DNA of 64,000 bases. It comes from Hyphomicrobiales bacterium. GTDB taxonomy: Bacteria > Pseudomonadota > Alphaproteobacteria > Rhizobiales > Beijerinckiaceae. The translations under genes were made by a program, and so were the position numbers. The notes under the pieces are model-generated. The model made no database searches. It saw nothing but the letters and a program-made list of their open reading frames with translations, and was not told where the DNA came from. This document shows positions 48,648 through 56,544 of this stretch, piece by piece; positions within the stretch are counted from its first letter, which is position 1; every line of letters starts with the position of its first letter. The stretch covers positions 4,677-68,676 of the forward strand of contig CANFLM010000005.1 of assembly GCA_947447895.1 (NCBI GenBank). Direction: 5' to 3'.

Positions 48648-49045
48648 TTGCTGGCAAGAACCCGGCTGGCGACATTGATATATTTCCGACCTGCTTCTTG
48701 CGCCTGTCCGACCGCCTGATCAAGATCGGAATCGCTTCTGACACTGGCCAATTTGATCAGCATGGGCAAATTGATCCCTGCCACCACCTCGGTGCGCGAG
48801 TCATTCATGACCGAAATCGCCAGATTGGACGGCGTGCCGCCGAACATGTCGGTCAGGATCGCCACACCGTCACCGCTATCGACAGCCCGCACGGCCTCGA
48901 CAATATCGAGACGGCGCTGTTCCATATCGTCATCGGGATCAATCGTGATCGTTGCGCATTGCGATTGCGGCCCAACTACATGCTCCAGCGCGGCACGAAA
49001 CTCCACCGCCAGTCGGCCATGTGTCACCAGAACCATACCGATCAT
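48644..49045 (-). CDS. PTS EIIA component, mannose family (ManX-like, soluble)
   Basis: 133 aa. MIGMVLVTHG active-site His region and DMFGGTP. Confidence 0.85.
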   Translation of the reverse strand: MIGMVLVTHGRLAVEFRAALEHVVGPQSQCATITIDPDDDMEQRRLDIVEAVRAVDSGDGVAILTDMFGGTPSNLAISVMNDSRTEVVAGINLPMLIKLASVRSDSDLDQAVGQAQEAGRKYINVASRVLASK

Positions 49046-49186
49046 CTAAATCTCTCCGACGCGCCCAGTAACAAACCGTATCTCTCGCCAGACCCGCAAG
49101 CCTGTGCGGATGATTTGTCCGCGTCCATTTAAACCCCACCCCGAAACCCGCGCACAAGACCCATACGCGTATTCCTTGCTGTTTCA

Positions 49187-49615
49187 CTAAGCTCCCAGTG
49201 CGAGGGCAACCCGAGCCGGATCATCCTCAACCAGGCTGCACAGAATACGGGGAAGCGTGACGCCTGCAAGGCCTATCGTCAAATTCTTTGTATCGGGCAT
49301 CCTTTCAAGCGGCCCCCGCACCAGTTCGATCACCAGTCCGACCACCGCTGCAGGCTCGAAAGCACACGGAACTATGCCGCTGCCACGCCGTTCGACCAGT
49401 CCGGCAATGGCCGGATGCGGCCTTGCAACCAGCCTCGTTCCCGACGGGCTCAGCACCACCCTGTCATCGCCGACAAGCGCACAAAAAAGCCCCTGCCGCT
49501 GTGCCAAACCCATCAGGCGCAAGGCAAGACTGGATTTTCCTGCCCCCGAAGGTCCGGTGATCAGCACGCCGCGATCCCGAATCACGATACAGGTGGCGTG
49601 CAAAGCCGTTGTCAT
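49187..49615 (-). CDS. hprK: HPr kinase/phosphorylase, short alphaproteobacterial form (catalytic domain only)
   Basis: 142 aa. P-loop GPSGAGKS. ATGA overlap with chvG. Confidence 0.8.
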   Translation of the reverse strand: MTTALHATCIVIRDRGVLITGPSGAGKSSLALRLMGLAQRQGLFCALVGDDRVVLSPSGTRLVARPHPAIAGLVERRGSGIVPCAFEPAAVVGLVIELVRGPLERMPDTKNLTIGLAGVTLPRILCSLVEDDPARVALALGA

Positions 49616-51378
49616 AGCGTGGCCGCCGGCAGGATGATGGTGAAAGAGGCGCCCAACCGGACCGGTTCCCCCGCCGCGTCGACGCCATCCAGACGGTTTT
49701 CGGCACTGATCCTGCCGTGATGGGCCTCGATGATCTGGCGCGAGATCGACAGGCCGAGGCCGGAATTCTGCCCGAAGCCCTGATCGGGCCGGTCGGTGTA
49801 GAACCGCTCGAAAATCCGCTCGAGCGCATGGGGCGGAATGCCCGGCCCGTCATCATCGACCACGATCCGCACGAGGCCACTGCCGCGCGACAGTGCAATC
49901 CGCACCTCGCCGCCCTCGGGCGAAAAGGAGCGGGCATTGGCAATCAGATTGTCGATCACCTGTCCCAGCCGCGATTCATGTCCCGAGACAAAGCAGGTGC
50001 GGCTTCGCAGCAATTCGGGCGCAAGCGCCAACCGCACCACGGGTTCGCCCTCCCGCCCGACATTGGCCACCGACACCACTGTTTCAAGCAGATGCACCAT
50101 ATCGACCGGCGCCATTTCATTGCGCGCCAGTTCGGCATCAAGCCGCGACGCATCCGAAATGTCGCTGATCAACCGGTCAAGCCGCCGCACATCATGCTGG
50201 ATCACCGACATCAAGCGCTCGCGCGCATTGTCGTTACGCGCCAGCGGCAAGGTCTCCACAGCACTGCGCAGGGAGGTCAGCGGATTTTTCAATTCATGCG
50301 CGACATCGGCCGCAAAGCTCTCGATGGCTTCGATCCGGTCATACAGCGCACGGGTCATATCGCGCAGCGAGCCGGACAGATGGCCGATTTCATCCGAACG
50401 ATCGGTAAAGTCGGGAATTTCCTCGCGTGCTTTGACCCCGCGCCGCACCCGATCGGCGGCGGCCGACAGGCGGCGGATCGGACCGGCAATCGTGCCGGCA
50501 AACAGCGCCGACACCACAATCATGCCAATGGCTGCCAGCAGAAAGCTTCGCAGAATGGCAATGCGCTCGGCCACCAGCGCGCCGTCGATCTCGTTGCCCT
50601 GGGTCGAGAGCAGCAACACCCCGCGCACCGCCCGAAACCGCTGCACCGGAACCGCCACCGAGACGATGGTTTCGCCGCGCGCATTGGTGCGGTTGGAGGT
50701 GGCCTGCCCGCCATTGAGCGCAACAACCACTTCGGGCAGGTTCAACCCGTTGGAAGCCGAAATTTCCTCGGCCAGAATGGTCGGGCTCCACCCCATCCAT
50801 TGTTTCAAACGCAGCCATTGTTGCGAGACAAACCCCGGCTCGTGCTGGCGCGAGGGCGGCGGCAGATCAAACCGCATCACATCGCCCGAACGCCCGAAGC
50901 CGCGCGAATCCAGCAACAAAACGCCATCATGGTCGTAGATGCGGGCGCGGGTGCGGGTCGGCGTCACAACGCGTCGCAACAAAGGCGCCACCCGCTCAGG
51001 ATTGATCGAGAATTCGAGCATCTGCTCCTCGGCCGCCCCGATGCTCTCGCCCAACTGCAGTTGCAGCAACTTGTCCGGATCGAGCGTGATGCCGGTATTG
51101 GTTTCCACCGTCACCGAAGCCGCAATCGCTCCGGCAATGATCTCGCCTTGTGTCAACAGGCTCTGGACGCGTGCATCGATCAGACCTTCGCGATACTGGC
51201 TCAGATAGAGAAAACCGCAGAGCAGGGTCACCAGACCAGCCAGATTGAGCACGGCGATGCGGCGCACCAGCGAGGAGGAGGCGCGCGTGGTGATCATCCG
51301 CACCATGGCGCGGCCCCGTTCGCCCCCCAACCGCTTCAACCAGAATGGCCATGAATTCTGCGGCGCCGTCTTGTGCAT
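49612..51378 (-). CDS. chvG: Sensor histidine kinase ChvG/ExoS/BvrS family
   Basis: 588 aa. Two TM segments flanking a periplasmic domain, HAMP, H-box FAADVAHELKNPLTSL, and an ATPase domain. Confidence 0.85.
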   Translation of the reverse strand: MHKTAPQNSWPFWLKRLGGERGRAMVRMITTRASSSLVRRIAVLNLAGLVTLLCGFLYLSQYREGLIDARVQSLLTQGEIIAGAIAASVTVETNTGITLDPDKLLQLQLGESIGAAEEQMLEFSINPERVAPLLRRVVTPTRTRARIYDHDGVLLLDSRGFGRSGDVMRFDLPPPSRQHEPGFVSQQWLRLKQWMGWSPTILAEEISASNGLNLPEVVVALNGGQATSNRTNARGETIVSVAVPVQRFRAVRGVLLLSTQGNEIDGALVAERIAILRSFLLAAIGMIVVSALFAGTIAGPIRRLSAAADRVRRGVKAREEIPDFTDRSDEIGHLSGSLRDMTRALYDRIEAIESFAADVAHELKNPLTSLRSAVETLPLARNDNARERLMSVIQHDVRRLDRLISDISDASRLDAELARNEMAPVDMVHLLETVVSVANVGREGEPVVRLALAPELLRSRTCFVSGHESRLGQVIDNLIANARSFSPEGGEVRIALSRGSGLVRIVVDDDGPGIPPHALERIFERFYTDRPDQGFGQNSGLGLSISRQIIEAHHGRISAENRLDGVDAAGEPVRLGASFTIILPAATL

Positions 51379-51418
51379 CAGGCTTGCCCCGTCCCGTAGT
51401 CTGCTTCTGGAGCAGGCA

Positions 51419-52123
51419 TCACGCCTCGCGGAACCGGTAGCCCACCCCGTAAAGGGTTTCGATCATTTCAAAATCGTCATCGACCGCCTTGAATTTCTTG
51501 CGCAGCCGCTTGATGTGGCTGTCGATGGTCCGGTCATCGACATAGACCTGATCATCATAGGCGGCATCCATCAGGGCATCGCGGCTTTTGACCACTCCGG
51601 GGCGGGTCGCCAAAGCCTGCAGGATCAGGAATTCGGTGACGGTCAGCGTCACCTGCAGCCCCTTCCAGGTCGAGGCATGGCGTTCGGGATCCATCACCAG
51701 CAGACCTCGCACCAGAGCCTGCGCCCCGTTCTCCTTGGCGGAGCTGCTGTCCTTGCCCGCGCTGCGGCGCAGGATCGCCTTGACCCGCTCGACCAGCAGG
51801 CGTTGCGAGAACGGCTTTTTGATAAAATCATCCGCACCCATTTTCAGACCGAACAACTCGTCGATCTCCTCGTCCTTGGAGGTCAGGAAGATGACCGGAA
51901 GATCGGATTTCTGGCGCAGGCGACGCAGCAATTCCATACCGTCCATCCGCGGCATCTTGATGTCGAAAATGGCCAGATCTGGCGGGGTCTTGGTGATCCC
52001 TTCCAGCGCCGAAGCGCCATCGGTATAGGTTTGCACCCGATAACCCTCATTCTCCAGCGCAATGGAGACGGAGGTCAGAATGTTGCGGTCATCATCGACA
52101 AGGGCAATAGTGGGCATCGTCAA
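51419..52123 (-). CDS. chvI: OmpR-family response regulator ChvI/BvrR
   Basis: 234 aa. Receiver domain (DDDRNIL...[11 protein letters not shown]) plus a winged-helix output domain. Confidence 0.9.
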   Translation of the reverse strand: MTMPTIALVDDDRNILTSVSIALENEGYRVQTYTDGASALEGITKTPPDLAIFDIKMPRMDGMELLRRLRQKSDLPVIFLTSKDEEIDELFGLKMGADDFIKKPFSQRLLVERVKAILRRSAGKDSSSAKENGAQALVRGLLVMDPERHASTWKGLQVTLTVTEFLILQALATRPGVVKSRDALMDAAYDDQVYVDDRTIDSHIKRLRKKFKAVDDDFEMIETLYGVGYRFREA

Positions 52124-52275
52124 TCCGTTCTTTATGGTGCTGAAATCGAACCTGTCATCTTTGTCAAAGACTAAGCCCTAATCGAAGAACGAAGCGAGGC
52201 CAAATTGTGGCAAAAACCGAAAAATCTTGTTTTTTATCGGCAAATTACGATATTTGTCACTGATAGAGGCCTGTC

Positions 52276-52779
52276 ATGACCGAAATGACCCCCACATCAC
52301 CCATTCTGCCGACCGATGACAGTGCCCGCGAACTGGCCCGCAAACTGATGCGCGAGAGCCGGACAGCCGCGCTGGCCACGCTGGATGAAACGGGCGCGCC
52401 CTTCGTCTCGCTGGCCGGATGCGCCTGTCTCGAGGATGGCAGCCCGCTCTTGCTGGTCTCGCAACTCTCCCAGCATACCCGCCATATGCTGGCAAGGCCC
52501 TCGGTCAGCCTGCTGTTCAGCGATATCGGCAAAGGCGATCCGCTGGCGCATCCGCGCCTGAGCCTGTCAGGCCGGGCAGAGCCGATCCCGCAGGACAGCC
52601 CGATGAGGGCGCAGGCGCGCCAGCTCTATCTCGACAGCCATCCGAAGGCGCAGCTCTATATCGACTTTGCCGATTTTATCCTGGTCAGGATCAGGCCCGA
52701 CCAAGCCGCCCTCAATGGCGGCTTTGGCCGTGCCTTCCAGCTTGCCCCCGAAGACTTGCGCCAAATCCCTCAGAAATAG
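52276..52779 (+). CDS. Pyridoxamine 5'-phosphate oxidase-fold (HugZ/COG0748-like) protein
   Basis: 167 aa. The split-barrel FMN-binding fold is suggested by ...TAALATLDETGAPFVSL... Family-level call only. Confidence 0.6.
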   Translation: MTEMTPTSPILPTDDSARELARKLMRESRTAALATLDETGAPFVSLAGCACLEDGSPLLLVSQLSQHTRHMLARPSVSLLFSDIGKGDPLAHPRLSLSGRAEPIPQDSPMRAQARQLYLDSHPKAQLYIDFADFILVRIRPDQAALNGGFGRAFQLAPEDLRQIPQK

Positions 52780-54098
52780 CGCAACCAGACATAGACATGG
52801 CTGATCACGATACTGACCAGCATCAGCGGAAAGGCCAGCTTGGTATAGGTCCAGAAGCTGAAACTGATACCTTCACGCTCGGCAATACCGGCCACCGTCA
52901 GATTGGCGGAGGCCCCGATCAGGGTGCCATTGCCCCCCAGACAGGCCCCCAGTGACAGGCACCACCAGAGCGGCTCGATCGCATCGGGCCCGCCCAAAGA
53001 GGGGCCCATGCTTTTGACCAGCGGGATCATCGTCGCCACAAAGGGAATATTATCGATAATGGCCGACAGAATTGCCGAAGCCCACAGGATCGCATAACCC
53101 GCATGGGCCATATCGCCACCGGTTGCGGCAACCAGTTTTTCCGCCAGTATCTTCAACAAACCGCCGACCTCGACGCCGTGGACGATGATAAACAGACCGA
53201 TAAAGAAGAAAATCGTGATCCACTCGACATCGGTGAAGGTTTTGTGGACATTTTCGGCCTGCTTCTCGCCGTGATGCTCCCAATTGTCGATCAGCATCAG
53301 CAATGTTGCACCCACCATCGCAATTGTGCCCGGCTCCAGCCCGATCTGGCGTGCGAAGATGAAGCCGATGATCACAGAGCCCAGTATCGCCAGCGATTGC
53401 TTGAGCAGCACGGAATCCTCGATCGCCTCTTCCGGGATCATTCCCATGATCCGGGCCCTGGCTTCCGGTGAGGCATGCATCTCCTTGCCCCAGATCCGGT
53501 GGATGATCACCGCCTGCACCGCCATCACGACAATGATGACGGGGGTCAGATTGTAGACGAAGGCATTGAACGACAGATCGGCCAAAGAGCCGATCAGGAT
53601 ATTGGGTGGATCACCGATCAGCGTGGCCGTGCCCCCGATATTGGAGGCGAACACTTCGGCAAACAGGAACGGATAGGCCGGCACATCCAGCGCGCGGGTG
53701 ATTGCCAGTGTCACCGGCACCACCAGCAGCACTGTGGTCACATTGTCGAGCAGGGCCGACAGCACAGCCGTAGTGATCTGCAGGATCAGCAGGATCCCCC
53801 AGGGACTGGCCTTGGCCTGACGCGCCGACCAGATCGCCAGATACTGGAACAGGCCTGACCGCCGCGAGATCGACACCAGGATCATCATCCCCGTCAGCAG
53901 GCCGATGGTGTTGGGATCGGCCGAAGCGGTCGCCTGATCCTGCGTCAGTACACCCATGATCACCATCGCGGAGGCACCAAGCATGGCCACAATCGCCCGG
54001 TTCAGCGTATCGGCAATCAAGGCGCCGTAAACCAGCAACAGCAATAGGGTCGACAGCCATAACGGGCTCAGACCGAAAAGTACCTGGGGCGTATGCAT
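52770..54098 (-). CDS. ArsB/NhaD-superfamily (citrate transporter-like) permease
   Basis: Polytopic membrane protein. I prefer the ATG at 54098 (MHTPQVLFG...) because the 22 codons upstream (to 54164) are AT-rich and not coding-like. Confidence 0.7.
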   Translation of the reverse strand: MHTPQVLFGLSPLWLSTLLLLLVYGALIADTLNRAIVAMLGASAMVIMGVLTQDQATASADPNTIGLLTGMMILVSISRRSGLFQYLAIWSARQAKASPWGILLILQITTAVLSALLDNVTTVLLVVPVTLAITRALDVPAYPFLFAEVFASNIGGTATLIGDPPNILIGSLADLSFNAFVYNLTPVIIVVMAVQAVIIHRIWGKEMHASPEARARIMGMIPEEAIEDSVLLKQSLAILGSVIIGFIFARQIGLEPGTIAMVGATLLMLIDNWEHHGEKQAENVHKTFTDVEWITIFFFIGLFIIVHGVEVGGLLKILAEKLVAATGGDMAHAGYAILWASAILSAIIDNIPFVATMIPLVKSMGPSLGGPDAIEPLWWCLSLGACLGGNGTLIGASANLTVAGIAEREGISFSFWTYTKLAFPLMLVSIVISHVYVWLRYF

Positions 54099-54329
54099 CA
54101 CGTAATCCTGACCCTTGTCGTTTTTATATTGTGCATCATTTATTGAATGATGGTTGCTGCTCACAGATTGTCAAGTTTGCAACCTTATAGGTTTTTCTGC
54201 GTTTGTCAGACGCAACTATTCGTTTTCCATCCAGACACTTGCACTTTTTCACCGTTCCGGCGCATCATGGCGCTATGAAAGAGCAGGCAGAGCCAATGTC
54301 TGCCCGAATGATGTGTAGGGGGTGAGTTT

Positions 54330-55118
54330 ATGTGCCGATTTCTAGCCTATCGCGGTGAGCCGGTCTTTATGGAAGACCTGATCAGCGCGCCCGCCCATTC
54401 ACTTGTCCACCAATCCATGCATGCCGAGGAAGCCAAAACCGAAACCAATGGCGACGGCTTCGGTGTCGGCTGGTATGGCGACAAGCCGATGCCGGGACTC
54501 TACCGCGAGGTGCATCCGGCCTGGTCGGATGAAAATCTCAAATCGCTGTGCACGCAGGTGCGTTCATCGCTGTTTTTTGCCCATGTCAGGGCCGCGACAG
54601 GCACAGCCACCACCCGCGCCAACTGCCATCCTTTCAGCCACAACCAATGGATGTTCATGCATAATGGACAGATCGGCGGCTGGCCGCTGATCCGCCGCAA
54701 AGTCGAAAGCCTGATCCCCGACGAGTATTACGGCGCGCGCACCGGCACGACAGACAGCGAGGCGCTGTTTCTGGTCGCGCTCGCCAACGGGCTGGAGCAG
54801 GACCCCGTTCACGCCATGGCACGCACATTATCAACCGTCCGCGCCATCATGGTGGAAGCCGGGATCAGCGATCCCTTGCGTTTTGCCGCCGCCCTGACCG
54901 ACGGCCAACACCTGTATGCCTTCCGCTGGGCGTCCGACGGCAAGCCGCCGACCCTCTACTGGCGCGAGCGCAACGGGTCCTTGCTGGTGGTATCAGAACC
55001 CATCGACCATACCCATGAAGGCTGGGAGGAAATCCCACTCGGTTGCGCGCTCGAAGCCCGCAAAGGCGAAGGTCATACGACCCGTTGCCTGAACCAGGCG
55101 ATGGCCGAGGCTGCCTGA
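54330..55118 (+). CDS. Class II (Ntn) glutamine amidotransferase, EgtC/YafJ-like
   Basis: 262 aa. N-terminal nucleophile MCRFLAYRG, NGDGFGVGWY, and HVRAATG...NCHPF. Confidence 0.8.
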   Translation: MCRFLAYRGEPVFMEDLISAPAHSLVHQSMHAEEAKTETNGDGFGVGWYGDKPMPGLYREVHPAWSDENLKSLCTQVRSSLFFAHVRAATGTATTRANCHPFSHNQWMFMHNGQIGGWPLIRRKVESLIPDEYYGARTGTTDSEALFLVALANGLEQDPVHAMARTLSTVRAIMVEAGISDPLRFAAALTDGQHLYAFRWASDGKPPTLYWRERNGSLLVVSEPIDHTHEGWEEIPLGCALEARKGEGHTTRCLNQAMAEAA

Positions 55119-55187
55119 GACAGAACAAGGCGGCCCGATCAGAGGCACCATCGGGCCGCAAAGAGTTTGGGTCTTCAGATCAGCCTC

Positions 55188-55490
55188 TCACAAGCGGATA
55201 CCTTGTAACCAACGTTCCTCGGCGATGCGGGCCAGATGCAGCGAGGGATCCTGATCCATGTCCAGAGCGCTGGTTGACAGCACATCCTGACGGGTCAGAC
55301 CGATATCGCGCAATTCGCGCTCGTCCAGCCGGTGCAAGATCGCCGCATGTTGTCGCGCCGTCATCACGCGGCCCGGCCAGAGCACCACACGTTTGGCCAG
55401 AGCCACTGCTTTCACCAAAATGGCTGTTTTGGTCACAGTAATGCTCAGGGTCACGCTGTTGTTGCAGGCCGACACTTGCGCGGTCATCAC
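55188..55490 (-). CDS. DUF1127 domain protein (long form)
   Basis: The motif W..R...R....L.RLDERELRDIGLTRQDV is characteristic of DUF1127 (YjiS-like). 100 aa if the first ATG is used. Confidence 0.65.
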   Translation of the reverse strand: MMTAQVSACNNSVTLSITVTKTAILVKAVALAKRVVLWPGRVMTARQHAAILHRLDERELRDIGLTRQDVLSTSALDMDQDPSLHLARIAEERWLQGIRL

Positions 55491-55505
55491 GACGTCTCTC
55501 CCATC

Positions 55506-55532
55506 AAATCTGGTTTAAATCTGGTCCAAATC
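55506..55532. repeat. Direct repeats AAATCTGGT (x2) plus partial AAATC, phased at 11 bp, just upstream of the DUF1127 gene
   Basis: Read directly: aaatctggt tt aaatctggt cc aaatc. Confidence 0.6.
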
Positions 55533-55638
55533 ATATCCCCGCCGACCATCGGCTCCGGGATGGTGCAGCAATCGCAGAATTTTATTGATCGGTCTAACAA
55601 ATCATTTTAATATGAACCATTCGAAAAAGAGATCGGTC

Positions 55639-56523
55639 ATGCTTGATACGGATCAACTGCGCTCCTTCATTGCCATTGTCGACACCGGCAGTTTCACCCG
55701 TGCCGCAGAGCGGGTGAGCAAAACCCAGTCGGCGGTGTCGATGCATATCCGCAGGCTCGAGGAACAGTTGGGCCGGCATCTGTTCTACAAACAGGGACGC
55801 GGTGTGCGGCTGTCGGAAGATGGCGAACGACTGGTCGAACACGCCCGCCAGATGCTGCTGGTGGAAGCCGCCGCCTTTGCCGCCATCTCACGCAAGGCTT
55901 TGGTCGGCCGCATCCGGCTGGGTATTCCCGACGATTATGCCGAAATGGTGCTGCCCGAGATTCTGACGCGGTTTTCGCGCCGGCATCCGCTGGTCGAGAT
56001 TTCGATCACCTGCGAGATGAGCACGGTGCTGCACGAGCGCATCAGTGCCAATGAACTCGACCTGGCGGTGGTGACCGAATGCGAGGATTATGGCCGCATC
56101 GAGGTGCTGAGCGAGCAGCCCTTGCGCTGGGTGACCGGCAGCCATTCCAGCATCCACGAATTGCGCCCCTTGCCGCTGGCCCTCGGCATGCCCAATTGCG
56201 CCTGGCGCAAAGCCGCCATCAGCCGGTTGGAAGAACGCGGCGTCACATGGAAAAACATCGCCTGGAAGCTGGTGGTCGCCTCGGCCAACCAGGCCGCCAT
56301 CGCGCCCGTGGTGGCCGCAGGGCTGGCTGTGACAGTCCTGCCGCAAAGCGCGATCCGGGCGGGCCAGCGCATGCTCGATGTCGAAGACGGCCTGCCCGCT
56401 TTGCCACTGGCCCGCATCGGCCTGCTGGAAGGCCGCATGGCCAAACGCTCCCCAGAAGGCAAGGCGCTGGCCGACGAAATCCGCGCGGTCTTCGCCAGCC
56501 AGAAAAGCCGGTTTGCAGCGTGA
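55639..56523 (+). CDS. LysR family transcriptional regulator
   Basis: 294 aa from the ATG at 55639. wHTH FTRAAERVSKTQSAVSMHIRRLEEQLG. Confidence 0.9.
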   Translation: MLDTDQLRSFIAIVDTGSFTRAAERVSKTQSAVSMHIRRLEEQLGRHLFYKQGRGVRLSEDGERLVEHARQMLLVEAAAFAAISRKALVGRIRLGIPDDYAEMVLPEILTRFSRRHPLVEISITCEMSTVLHERISANELDLAVVTECEDYGRIEVLSEQPLRWVTGSHSSIHELRPLPLALGMPNCAWRKAAISRLEERGVTWKNIAWKLVVASANQAAIAPVVAAGLAVTVLPQSAIRAGQRMLDVEDGLPALPLARIGLLEGRMAKRSPEGKALADEIRAVFASQKSRFAA

Positions 56524-56544
56524 GGGTTTAACCAGGCCAGACGC

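Noticed and set aside
49717-51354. 545-aa plus-strand ORF antisense to chvG
   Set aside because: A shadow ORF. chvG on the other strand has a complete TM-HAMP-HisKA-ATPase architecture.
52153-52276. Four copies of TGTCA in the chvI upstream region
   Set aside because: A 5-mer occurring four times in about 125 bp, without consistent spacing or extended conservation, is compatible with chance. I do not know a ChvI motif it would match.
55595-55610. TTAA-N7-TGTTA (minus strand), a possible CtrA box upstream of the LysR gene
   Set aside because: The second half-site does not match TTAAC, and single TTAA half-sites are frequent in AT-rich intergenic DNA.
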